A stretch of DNA of 64,000 nt, taken from assembly GCA_963798725.1 (NCBI GenBank), contig CAWCUL010000003.1:46910-110909 (forward strand), written 5' to 3'. Made by a program: the position numbers and the translations under genes. Positions 27,274 through 36,152 of the stretch are shown here, piece by piece (positions within the stretch are counted from its first letter, which is position 1; the number at the start of each line of letters is the position of its first letter). Source of the DNA: an uncultured Actinomycetes bacterium (lineage in GTDB: Bacteria; Actinomycetota; Thermoleophilia; Gaiellales; Gaiellaceae). The notes beneath the pieces are model-generated. The model did no database searches. It was not told the origin of the DNA and saw only the letters and a list, made by a program, of their open reading frames with translations.

Positions 27274-27388
27274 CCGAACAGTCTCGCACCGCATTCCGAC
27301 GCACGCTCGGCGAGCGCAGTTCCCAGCGTTCCGGTGCGGGAGCGTGGCCGGAAACGCGAACGCCGTGCCCCGATTACCATCGCCGCCC

Positions 27389-27934
27389 GTGGGCGAGGCC
27401 GTCCTCATCCGTTCCGAGCGCGATGCGGATCGTTCCGTGATCGCAGATGTGGTCCGCGCGGCATTCGTCGGACACCCCGACGAGGTCGCGTCGTTCGTCG
27501 AGCGCATTCGGGCGTCGGAACGATTCGTTCCGGAGCTGGCGTTGGTCGCCGAGGACTTCTCCGGTGTGATCGGTCACGTGATGCTGAGCTGGGTCGGCGT
27601 CGAAGGCGGATCCCGCACAAGGATCCTCAACCTCACGCCGATGTCGGTTCGGCCCGACCGCCAGCGCATCGGTGTGGGGGCACGGCTGATCCGGGACGCG
27701 CTCGGCCGCGCCGAGGAAGCGGGCGAGCCTGCCGTCATGGTCGAGGGCATTGCCGCGTACTACCCTCGCTTCGGCTTCGAGCAGGCGAGCGCGCTCGGCT
27801 TCATCTCGCCGCATCCGAAGATCCCCGACGACGCTTTCATGGTCAAGCGGCTCCCGGGATACAGCCCCGACCTCGCCGGTCGGATCGTCTATCCGGCCGC
27901 GTTCGACGCTCTCGGGTACGAGCGGCCGGTCTGA
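27389..27934 (+). CDS. GNAT N-acetyltransferase (YhbS-like)
   Basis: VIGHVMLS, SVRPDRQRIGVGARLI, YYPRFGF; start approximate. Confidence 0.88.
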   Translation: MGEAVLIRSERDADRSVIADVVRAAFVGHPDEVASFVERIRASERFVPELALVAEDFSGVIGHVMLSWVGVEGGSRTRILNLTPMSVRPDRQRIGVGARLIRDALGRAEEAGEPAVMVEGIAAYYPRFGFEQASALGFISPHPKIPDDAFMVKRLPGYSPDLAGRIVYPAAFDALGYERPV

Positions 27935-28194
27935 GAAGAGCGGCGCGTTCGGCCGGTCGCAACATGATGTCCGGCGAAGTCCCCGAGCGTCGCTACGCGA
28001 CCTCTGCTACGAGCCCTCTGCTGCGCCAGTGCGCGGGAATGTCACCCGAAGCGGTGGGACGGTGACGCCCGAGGCGATCCGTCGAAGGCCGCCTCCTGCG
28101 ATCATCCTCACGGCCACCTGCCGCAGTCCGAGGTTCGTGCTCGCATCGTCGATTCCGTTGGCCGAGCTCCGACCTGTTCACGGGCTTCCGTCTC

Positions 28195-28755
28195 GTGCAT
28201 CGTGAGTCGGTGCGCGTCTTCTCGATCCTGCTTCTCGCTGCGGCGCTCTTCGCGCTGCCGGGCGGTGCCAGCACCGTCGATCCCGAGGCGCTCGTCGCGA
28301 AGAAAGCGGACATCGGAGCCGGTTATCGGCTCGATGCGGCCGACAGCGGGGGCCTCGCAGAACGAGGCGGAGAACAATCTGATCCGGCGATGGCTCGAAT
28401 CGCGGCACGCAATGGGCGTGTCGACGGCTACGTCGCGGTGTACGAGGACGGCCGAGGACGCCGTGTCATTTCGCGGGCTGATCTGTATCGACGGCAGAAA
28501 GGCGCGAAGAATGTGCTGGGATTCGCCGACCTCGGGATGCGGAAAGCCGGAATCAAGGGACTGCGCCGGTCGCGCATCGCGATTGCCTCCGGGGGATGGA
28601 TCTACTGGGGTGGATCGGGTGACTTCGCCCTCGCCGTAGCGGCGTGGCGGCACGGCCGCGTCTTCGCCTCGATCACGACGGCCGGCCTCACGCGCAAAGC
28701 CTCGCTCGCGATTGCAATGAAGCAGGATCGTCGCATCGTCGCTTCCCTTCGATGA
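28195..28755 (+). CDS. Secreted hypothetical protein
   Basis: Signal-peptide-like N-terminus (RVFSILLLAAALFALPGGA); no family recognised. Confidence 0.6.
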   Translation: MHRESVRVFSILLLAAALFALPGGASTVDPEALVAKKADIGAGYRLDAADSGGLAERGGEQSDPAMARIAARNGRVDGYVAVYEDGRGRRVISRADLYRRQKGAKNVLGFADLGMRKAGIKGLRRSRIAIASGGWIYWGGSGDFALAVAAWRHGRVFASITTAGLTRKASLAIAMKQDRRIVASLR

Positions 28756-28963
28756 GCTTCGGCGGGTCGCCGACCGCAGTCGTTTCGAGCCGCCCGTCCG
28801 ACGATGGCCGAGGTGGTCACCACTCCGGGAGTAGGGCGCAACCGCAGGACGAGTCTCAGCGCAGCGCCGCCTCGGACGCCTGGGCCAGCGTTCGGGAATG
28901 TGATCGAGCCTGGCGAGTGCTGCGCGCTGGACCTCGCCCGGACAAGCCTCGGCCGCTGCGGTT

Positions 28964-29175
28964 CTAGCCGAGATCGGCTGGCAGGAGCGAGTACAGGACG
29001 CTGTCCTGACGCTCGGTGCTCATCGTCGCTACCAACCCGCGAAGGACGCCCTCGCGGGTGAACCCCGCGCGTTGAGCGACACGCTGGGACGCAACGTTTT
29101 CCGGTGCGGTTGTCAGCTCGAGCCGCTGCACGCCCAACTCGTCGAATGCCCAGCGTGAGATGAGCTTCACCGAAA
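28964..29175 (-). pseudogene. 3' fragment of a RimJ/RimL-type GNAT acetyltransferase
   Basis: KLISRWAFDELGVQRLELTTAPENVASQRVAQRAGFTREGVLR; no plausible N-terminal half upstream. Confidence 0.7.
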
Positions 29176-29537
29176 AGTTCGGCGTCGATCCCGACCGCGT
29201 GCGCGGCATGGAGAGTGAGGATCTCGCGTGGCTGCGCGCGGGTGAAGGCGAAGGGCACTTCCACGGTCCCGGACCATGGCCGTTCGGCATCACGGCGTAC
29301 GCGGGTCGCGAGGACAACGATCTCATCCTCTGGCTGCCGTCGATCAATGCGATCGTCACCGGCGATTCGCTCTCCGATTTCGGAGATGGACTGGACTGGC
29401 TCGGCAATCGCAAGCACGTGACGCGCGAGGATGTCGCCCGACGGCTCCGTCCGCTGCTCGACCAGCCGGTCGAACTCGTACTGCCCGCGCACGGAGAACC
29501 GACGGATCGCGTGGCGCTCGAGCGCGCGCTTTCCTGA
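29160..29537 (+). pseudogene. 3' fragment of a metallo-beta-lactamase-fold protein
   Basis: AIVTGDSL...VELVLPAHGEP C-terminal MBL motifs; N-terminal metal motif absent. Confidence 0.65.
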
Positions 29538-29602
29538 GCGGCGCTCGGCGGAACCTACAGCTCAGACGGGGCGCATCGATGGGCGAGCGCTCGGGAAATC
29601 TG

Positions 29603-30270
29603 CTACCCGGTCGTTTGGGCCGCCTCGCCCTGAACCAGCTCCTTGAACGCGGCCTCGTCCCGGATCGGGTCGAAGTCGCTGTCCTCGGCAGCAAGCGAAC
29701 GGAACGATTCCTTGCGGTCGATCGCGAGCCGGAGATGCCTGATCGCGTCGTCTGTCCGGCCGGCGAGGCTCTCGCAGCACGCGAGGTTGTAGAGAGGCCC
29801 GGCGTACTCAGGATGAGCTTCGATCAACTCGCGTCCCCGATCGGCGGCCTCGGCATATCGGCCTGACTCGTAGAGATGGTGGAGCGGCATCCAAATCTCG
29901 CCGCCCTGGGCCTCGTACGCCTTCCCCGGAGTTCCGCCGAGCGCAACGATCGTCGTCCCCGCTTCCTCGGCGAACGCCGTCCGCTTCACGGCGGGGCGAG
30001 CGAAGACGAGTGTGCCCGCGGGTGCGTCCACCCGCTCGCCGTCGAGCTCGAACGTCGCGCGCCCGCGCTGCACTAGGTAAAGCTCCTCCTGCAGGTCATG
30101 CTCCTGTGACTCGTCGTGCTCGTTAATGAGCCGATCGCCCACCTGATGAGCTGTAAACGCGTTGACGCCGAACGACGTGATACCGAAGTGGAACCGGACG
30201 GGCCGCAAGGGACGCGGCCGTCATCGATCTCGTCGATCTCGTCAATCTGGGCCACCGCGTAACCGCTCAT
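29603..30270 (-). pseudogene. Cupin + TPR protein with a 1-nt frameshift near 30208 (pseudogene or sequence error)
   Basis: RBS plus MSGYAVAQIDEIDEIDDGRVP in one frame; RPVRFHFGITSFGVNA...EHDE...YNLACCES in another; total length 668 nt (3n+2). Confidence 0.75.
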
Positions 30271-30423
30271 TGGGCCGTCCTTCCTCGGGTTGTGGGAATG
30301 AGCAAGCGACCAACCCTAACGAGCGCCCGCAGGATCGACCGCCTCGCCGCGGCGAGACCGTGGATGCTCGCGTGAGCCAGTGTTCAGGAATGTTCCCCGA
30401 GATCGCGCTCTAAGATCGAGGGC

Positions 30424-30825
30424 GTGTCGCTGCCCGTGACGCTTCCTCTCATCGACCACTTGGCTCTGCGAGTCCGTGACCTGAGACGCAGCCGCACCTT
30501 TTACGAGCAGGCCCTCGAGCCGTTCGGAGTGAAGGTAGTGGAGAGCTCGCAGGGGCCTGGGTTCGCCATCGAGGGCGGTGGGGATTTCTGGATCGCGGAA
30601 GGGGAACCCCCGGCCGCTCCCGTTCATGTGGCCTTCGCCGCAGCCGACCGAGCCACCGTTGACAAGTTCCATCGCGCCGCCGTTGCAGCCGGCGGCCGCG
30701 ATAACGGCGCGCCGGGTCTCCGACCGCACTACCACGCCGGGTATTACGCAGCGTTCGTCATCGACCCGGACGGGAACAACGTCGAAGCGGTCTTCCACGG
30801 CGATCCCCAACGGCCAGCCACATGA
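30424..30825 (+). CDS. VOC/glyoxalase family protein
   Basis: IDHLALRV, HVAFAA, DNGAPGLRPHYHAGYYAAFVIDPDGNNVEAV; TAAGAT-N7-GTG. Confidence 0.92.
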   Translation: MSLPVTLPLIDHLALRVRDLRRSRTFYEQALEPFGVKVVESSQGPGFAIEGGGDFWIAEGEPPAAPVHVAFAAADRATVDKFHRAAVAAGGRDNGAPGLRPHYHAGYYAAFVIDPDGNNVEAVFHGDPQRPAT

Positions 30826-30869
30826 CGCTCGCTTGGGCCAGTGCTCGGGACTTCAGAGCGCCTCTCCGC

Positions 30870-31265
30870 TCATGAGGGGATCTTCGCGGCGACCTCCCAG
30901 ATGTGACCGTCGGGGTCGGTGAACGCCGCAGTGCGCAGACCCCACTCGCGATCCATCGGACCGTTCAACAGCTCTACACCGCGCGCTGCCAGTTGCTCGC
31001 AGACACCGTCCGTGTCCTGAACCCAAATCGTCAGCTGAAATCGCCTGGCTGCGCCGGAGTCGCCGACGGGTGCCGGCGCGATCAACTCGTGCGCCGCCGG
31101 TACGCGGAGCAGGTTGACGACCATGTTCTCGAAGTTGAACGCGACCGCGTTCTCGTCCTCGTAGACCGCGTTTGCGCCAAAGACCTGTTCGTAGAAGGCC
31201 TTCGACCGCTGCGTGTCCTCGATGAACATCGTGATCGCGCCGACGTTGTTGAGCGATTCGCTCAT
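30870..31265 (-). CDS. VOC/glyoxalase family protein
   Basis: SKAFYEQVFG, DREWGLRTAAFTDPDGHIWEV. Confidence 0.9.
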   Translation of the reverse strand: MSESLNNVGAITMFIEDTQRSKAFYEQVFGANAVYEDENAVAFNFENMVVNLLRVPAAHELIAPAPVGDSGAARRFQLTIWVQDTDGVCEQLAARGVELLNGPMDREWGLRTAAFTDPDGHIWEVAAKIPS

Positions 31266-31322
31266 TATCTGGCATCCCTTTCGTGTGTCGATGACAAGCC
31301 TGCGCTGGCTCGCGAAGGCTAC

Positions 31323-31348
31323 GACCTGGTCGGAGAGAGAAAGTCATC
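31323..31348 (-). promoter_or_regulatory. Candidate ECF-type promoter GATGACTTT-N13-GGTC
   Basis: Same motif and spacing as at 7080-7105. Confidence 0.45.
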
Positions 31349-31507
31349 GCTCCGGCTAACGCGTCGCGCACGATGATCGGAAACGTCGCCGGCGCTGACC
31401 GGGCAGAGATCACGCCCGCCTCCTCGAGCGTGTCGTCGCCCGAGCTCCTGGTCAGTCGAGTCGCAGCCCCGGATGGTTCGGCGCGATGGGCAGGCAGATG
31501 GTCCGAG

Positions 31508-32674
31508 TCAGGCTCCGAGCTCCGCGCGACGCTGCTCGAGAAAGCGCCGCTCGGCGTCCGAATGCACGAGACCCAACGCGACGTCGTAGGCAGCGCGCGC
31601 GTCGTCGACCCGGTCGAGGCGGCGCAAGAGCTCGGCCCGGGTCGCGTGCAGGTAGTGGTAGTGGTCGAGCTCGAGCCCGTCCACCAGCCCGAGCGCCGTT
31701 ATGACGTCGCCCGCCTCGGCGATCGCTGCGGCGCGGTTGAGCTCGACGACGGGCGAGCCGGTGAGACGGAAGAGCTCGTCGTAGAGCTCCGCTATCTGCG
31801 GCCAGTCGGGCGGGTCTTCCACGTGCAGCGAGGCGATCGCGGCCTGCAGCACGTATGGGCCACGGCCTCCGAGTGCGAGGGCCCGGTCGAGCTCAAGGCG
31901 TCCCGCCGCGAGCCTCGCCTGGTCCCAGAGGCTGCGGTCCTGCTCGGCGAGGAGGACGATCGTCCCGTCCGCGAACCGCGCCTCGCGACGCGCGTCGTTG
32001 ATCTGCATCAGGGCGACGAGTCCGTGCGCCTCGGGCTCGTCGGGCATCAGTTCCGCGAGGAGGCGTGCGAGCCGGATTGCCTCGGACGCGAGCTCGCCGC
32101 GGCCGCCGTATCCCTCGTTGAACACGAGATAGACGACCGCGAGCACTGCGGCGAGCCGGTCGGGGAGCCGGTGTGCGGGAGGAACGCGAAACGGGATGCC
32201 GGCCGCCCTGATCTTTGCCTTCGCGCGTACGAGCCGTTTGGCCATGGTCTCCCGGGGGACGAGGAACGCGCGGGCGATCTCCTCGGTTGTCAACCCGCCC
32301 AGCGCCCGCAGCGTGAGCGCCACCTGGGCGTCGAGCTCGAGCGCCGGGTGGCAGCACGTGAAGACGAGCTCGAGCCGCTCGTCCGGGATCGTGGTCTCTT
32401 CCAGGTCGTCCTCCGTGGCCTGCGGGACGTCGAGCAGCCGGGTCTTCTCCAGGAGCGTGCGATCTCGGCGGATGCGATCGATCGCGCGGTTGCGCGCCGT
32501 GGTCTGCAGCCACGCGCGCGGGCTCGCCGGCGGCCCATCGCGTGGCCAGCGCTCCGCTGCGATCGCGAAGGCCTCCTGGGCGGCCTCCTCGGCGAGGTCG
32601 AAGTCGCCGAGGAAGCCGATCAGCGAGGCGACGACGCGCCCCCATTCGTCGCGGAAGACCTGCTCGAGCGTCAA
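31508..32674 (-). CDS. ECF sigma factor with C-terminal TPR extension (ECF42-type, DUF6596)
   Basis: [49 protein letters not shown]; paired with an upstream YciI/DGPF gene. Confidence 0.9.
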   Translation of the reverse strand: MTLEQVFRDEWGRVVASLIGFLGDFDLAEEAAQEAFAIAAERWPRDGPPASPRAWLQTTARNRAIDRIRRDRTLLEKTRLLDVPQATEDDLEETTIPDERLELVFTCCHPALELDAQVALTLRALGGLTTEEIARAFLVPRETMAKRLVRAKAKIRAAGIPFRVPPAHRLPDRLAAVLAVVYLVFNEGYGGRGELASEAIRLARLLAELMPDEPEAHGLVALMQINDARREARFADGTIVLLAEQDRSLWDQARLAAGRLELDRALALGGRGPYVLQAAIASLHVEDPPDWPQIAELYDELFRLTGSPVVELNRAAAIAEAGDVITALGLVDGLELDHYHYLHATRAELLRRLDRVDDARAAYDVALGLVHSDAERRFLEQRRAELGA

Positions 32675-32679
32675 GGCCT

Positions 32680-33039
32680 CTAGTACTCCATCACGGGCCG
32701 GATCTCGACCGCTCCACCGAGGCGGGCGGCCGGCACGCGGGACGCGATCTCGATCGCTGCGTCGAGATCCTCGGCCTCGAAGACGAAGTAGCCGCCGAGC
32801 GCTTCCTTGACGGAGACGAATGGCCCGTCGGTGGTCAGCGTCCTGCCGTCCTGCACCCGCACCGTGGTCGCCATCTCCGGTGGCTGCATCCAGAGACCCG
32901 GCGTGACGCCCGGCGTCTGGTTGATCGCCTGGTAGTCGGCCGGGATCTGCTGCTGCTCGGCCTCAGACAGCCGGGCCCACGCCTCGGGATCGCTCGGGGT
33001 GGGCGTGTCGCCCTGGTGGATCAGCATCAGGTACTTCAT
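32680..33039 (-). CDS. YciI/DGPF-family protein
   Basis: [30 protein letters not shown]; RBS AGGAGG. Confidence 0.92.
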   Translation of the reverse strand: MKYLMLIHQGDTPTPSDPEAWARLSEAEQQQIPADYQAINQTPGVTPGLWMQPPEMATTVRVQDGRTLTTDGPFVSVKEALGGYFVFEAEDLDAAIEIASRVPAARLGGAVEIRPVMEY

Positions 33040-33073
33040 GGCTTCCTCCTGTTCGACGGGTGGTCGCCTCTTG

Positions 33074-33100
33074 GACGAACGGGGGGCGGAGAAATGGACA
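33074..33100 (-). promoter_or_regulatory. Putative ECF42-type autoregulated promoter TGTCCA-N17-CGTC
   Basis: Resembles the reported ECF42 consensus (TGTCGA / CGTC); lies upstream of the yciI-ecf operon. Confidence 0.5.
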
Positions 33101-33154
33101 CCCCGCGTGAATCGGCGGCCAGAGTCGGTCGCACCCGCGAGAGTAGAGGGCGCG

Positions 33155-34249
33155 CTACGTGAGGTGATGAGCGCGGAGCCACGCGCCGACGCGCGGAAAG
33201 AGGCCTCTCGCGTAGCGATCGGAGCGGAGCATCTCCGTCGTGAGCCCGGACTTCGTCGCGACGAGCGCGTGGTTTCCTTGGGGAAGGATCGCGACCGTGA
33301 AGTCGCGTCCCTGTTCGGCGACGAGCGGCTCGAGCCGTCTGGCCGACAGACGCGGCGGCACGACGTGGTCGAGTGCTCCGTAGAGCCAGAGCGCGGGTAT
33401 CCGGAGCGCGCGGATCGACGGCATCGGATCGACGCCGCCCGGGCCTGCATGCTCCACCCGCGCGTCCACCTCGGCGTCGGAAAGCCGCTGCGGGCGGTCG
33501 CCCTGGCCGGCGAGCGTCTGGTAGAGGTCGTTTTCGTCTGCCGTGACGGCGGGGCCGGAGAACGTGACGAGGAAGCGGACGGCGGGCTCTCGCGTTGCGG
33601 CCAGCGGCATGATCCACCCGGCCTGGCTGTGGCCTGCGAGACCGACCCTCGCCGCGTCGACCTCGGGCCGTGCGGCCAGGAACCGGACCGCGGCGGCCGC
33701 GTCGCGGGCGAGAACGTCGATCGCCTCGACGGTCGGCGACTCGCCTGGATACGTTCCGCCCGACGCGCCGACACCGCGCTTGTCGTAGGCGAGCACGGCA
33801 ACGCCGTTCGACAGCAGAAGCGCCTGGAATTCGGGGAGGTACTCGCGCGTCGTCGGTCCCGAGCCCGTCACGTACGCTACGGCCGCGTGTCGAGCGCCGC
33901 CCGGGGGCACCATCAGCGTCCCCGCGAGCATCGCCGTGCCGCTGCGGAACGTGACGGGGATGGTTCGCAGGCCGAGGAGGCTGACGCGCTTGCCTGCGAT
34001 CGTGCCCCCGCGTGGGCCGAGGATCGCGCGGCCTCGCACGGGGGCGCGGGTCGCAAAGCCCGAGCCGATCTCGAGGGAGTGATCGGATCCGTAGAGCGCG
34101 TGCACGCGGCCTCCGCGAAGGTCGACGAGCCGCGGCGGGCCGTAGGGGTCGTCGACGACGGCCAGGCCGCCGCTGTAGAGGCGCACGGATGCACCGGCGG
34201 GTGCCGCGAGCGCGAGCGCGGCGACGAGTACGAGAGCGGCCCTCCACAT
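33155..34249 (-). CDS. Secreted alpha/beta hydrolase (S9/S15-like)
   Basis: Signal peptide, YDKRGVG, GHSQAG, DHVVP, GNH. Confidence 0.85.
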   Translation of the reverse strand: MWRAALVLVAALALAAPAGASVRLYSGGLAVVDDPYGPPRLVDLRGGRVHALYGSDHSLEIGSGFATRAPVRGRAILGPRGGTIAGKRVSLLGLRTIPVTFRSGTAMLAGTLMVPPGGARHAAVAYVTGSGPTTREYLPEFQALLLSNGVAVLAYDKRGVGASGGTYPGESPTVEAIDVLARDAAAAVRFLAARPEVDAARVGLAGHSQAGWIMPLAATREPAVRFLVTFSGPAVTADENDLYQTLAGQGDRPQRLSDAEVDARVEHAGPGGVDPMPSIRALRIPALWLYGALDHVVPPRLSARRLEPLVAEQGRDFTVAILPQGNHALVATKSGLTTEMLRSDRYARGLFPRVGAWLRAHHLT

Positions 34250-34251
34250 AG

Positions 34252-34284
34252 TGCGTCGGCGCACGAGTTTAGTGCGCAGACGCA
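34252..34284. promoter_or_regulatory. Inverted repeat between the divergent hydrolase and MarR genes (candidate MarR operator)
   Basis: TGCGTC-G-GCGCAC-N7-GTGCGC-A-GACGCA. Confidence 0.5.
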
Positions 34285-34306
34285 TCATCTGCAAGGGTAC
34301 GAGCCG

Positions 34307-34780
34307 ATGCCCCGCGACGACAGGCTCTTCCTCAAGACAACGGCGACGGGCCAGTACGTCCTGCAAATGGTCGAGCGGCAACTGGCGCCGGTCGGCATCC
34401 CGTCCTACCAGCTCGCGCTCGTCACGCACGTCCGGCACCACCAGCCCGTCAGTCCGACGGAGATCTCCCGAGCTTCGGGCATCCCGCCGACGACGCTTCG
34501 CGACAACATCCGGCGGCTCGTCGACCTGTCACTCGTGCGCCGCGTGCCTCATCCGGACGACCGGCGCTCGTACCTGCTCGAGCTGACGCGCCGAGGTGAG
34601 CTGATGGCCCGTGCCGCAGACCCGGCCCTTGCCGAGGGCTACGCCACGCTCGAGCGTCTGCTGCCGCGGCCGCTCGCACACTACGAGGCCATGGTCGACG
34701 AGCTCAACCAGGCCTTCGAGGAAGCACTCTCCGTCGAGCCGGGTCCGCCTCTCACGCGAGCTTCTCGCAGAGAATCGTGA
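34307..34780 (+). CDS. MarR family transcriptional regulator
   Basis: VSPTEISRASGIPPTTLRDNIRRL, VRRVPHPDDRRSYLLELT. Confidence 0.9.
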   Translation: MPRDDRLFLKTTATGQYVLQMVERQLAPVGIPSYQLALVTHVRHHQPVSPTEISRASGIPPTTLRDNIRRLVDLSLVRRVPHPDDRRSYLLELTRRGELMARAADPALAEGYATLERLLPRPLAHYEAMVDELNQAFEEALSVEPGPPLTRASRRES

Positions 34781-34915
34781 TTCGGCCCCAGCTGCGCTTC
34801 CGGTGTTCGGGCGGGGACACGCACGAACGAGTCACGAGAACGCGGTCACCTGCGGTTGCATTCTGACGCCGGCCCCACCCGCGGGGCGGGTGGGGCCGGC
34901 GAGGTCTTCCGCAGA

Positions 34916-35188
34916 TCAGATCCCGAGGATCTGCTTCTTCTTCGCCTCGAACTCCTCGTCGGTGAGGATGCCCTGCTGCTTCAGCTTCGCGAGCTGTTCG
35001 AGCTCGGCGGCGTAGTCCGGTTCAGCCGCAGCCGGCGGCGCATAGTAGGCCTCCTGCTCGGGCTGTGCCTCCTGGGCCTGCCGTGCGTACTTCTCGTCCT
35101 GTCTGTGCCTGACGGCTCCCGCCGTACCGGCGACGACCGCCGTGGTCGCCGCAGCTCGGACAAGCCCTGGTCCTCTACGTCCGAACAT
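34916..35188 (-). CDS. SHOCT domain protein
   Basis: GLVRAAATTAVVAGTAGAV; LEQLAKLKQQGILTDEEFEAKKKQIL. Confidence 0.88.
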   Translation of the reverse strand: MFGRRGPGLVRAAATTAVVAGTAGAVRHRQDEKYARQAQEAQPEQEAYYAPPAAAEPDYAAELEQLAKLKQQGILTDEEFEAKKKQILGI

Positions 35189-35215
35189 CGTTCTCCTTCC
35201 TCAGCTGTGCGGTTG

Positions 35216-35650
35216 CTACGCCGATGCCTGCTCGAGCGCCCATTCACGCGCGGCCTGCACGATCTCGTGCGGGATGCGCTCGAAGGCGACGAGCTCGCCG
35301 CCTGCGTCGCGAATGGTTTGGGTGACGGTCCGCGCCCAGACGTTCTCCCACACGATGAGCGCCGCCGAGGTGTTCGGCTCCAGAGCGTCCGCCGTGTCCA
35401 TCAGGTCGTCTTCGTTGAGGAGCCCACCGACCTCGACGCCGATGCTCTCGAGGCTTTGCTGCACCTCCGGGTCGAGCTCGGTCAGCTCCATGGCGACGGC
35501 ATCGCCGTCGGCGTTCTTCCCAACGAAAGCGATGTCGATGACCCGGATCGTCCCGGCGTCCACCAAATCCTGGATCGCAGGCGCGATCTCGCCGCGGAAC
35601 TGATTTCCCGGAAACACGATGATCGCGTAATCGACGGGTCCGATCTCCAT
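35216..35650 (-). CDS. DUF6325/DUF1269-like protein
   Basis: MEIGPVDYAIIVFPG, GTIRVIDIAFVGK, AALIVWENVWA. Confidence 0.8.
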   Translation of the reverse strand: MEIGPVDYAIIVFPGNQFRGEIAPAIQDLVDAGTIRVIDIAFVGKNADGDAVAMELTELDPEVQQSLESIGVEVGGLLNEDDLMDTADALEPNTSAALIVWENVWARTVTQTIRDAGGELVAFERIPHEIVQAAREWALEQASA

Positions 35651-35669
35651 CGAATCTCCTCTCTCGCTA

Positions 35670-36068
35670 CTACGACGCAGCGAGTGTCTTTTGCTTGATC
35701 GCGTCGAACTCGGCCTGTGTGATGGCACCGGAGTCGAGCAATCCCTTGGCCTTCTCGATCTCGGCCGCGGCGCCGCCGGAGCCGGCAACCGAGCGGATGT
35801 ACGCGTCCGCATGGGCCTGCGCGGCCTCGGCCTGCTTGATGTTCCGCGTCTGCATCCCGTCGTGGTTCACGATGAGATAGATGAACACCCCGAGGAACGG
35901 CAGCACGATGACGAAGATGATCCACAGAACCTTCGTGAAGCCCGACGCGTCGTGTCGGCGGAACAGGTCCGTGAAGACCGTGATCAGGAGCCAGAACCAG
36001 ATCACCCACGCGAAGATGACGAGCATCGTCCAGAGGACGTCGAGGAACGGGTAGTCGGCAGCAATCAA
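35670..36068 (-). CDS. PLDc_N + SHOCT membrane protein
   Basis: DLFRRHDASGFTKVLWIIFVIVLPFLGVFIYLI; KAKGLLDSGAITQAEFDAIK; TTG start with RBS. Confidence 0.85.
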   Translation of the reverse strand: MIAADYPFLDVLWTMLVIFAWVIWFWLLITVFTDLFRRHDASGFTKVLWIIFVIVLPFLGVFIYLIVNHDGMQTRNIKQAEAAQAHADAYIRSVAGSGGAAAEIEKAKGLLDSGAITQAEFDAIKQKTLAAS

Positions 36069-36152
36069 GCTAGAACCTCCTCGTTGCCGCCTTTCACTCG
36101 GCGGATGCGTGGAATCTATCGGAAATAGAGCGCGATTTTGGCTTCGCTCGAC

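Noticed and set aside
31350-31500. Possible gene remnant on the minus strand (TLEEAGVISARSAPATFPIIVRDAL)
   Set aside because: No start or RBS and no family I can name
32999-34780. Apparent 593-aa ORF ending in a MarR domain
   Set aside because: The N-terminal 436 codons are antisense to the hydrolase gene; MarR starts at ATG 34307
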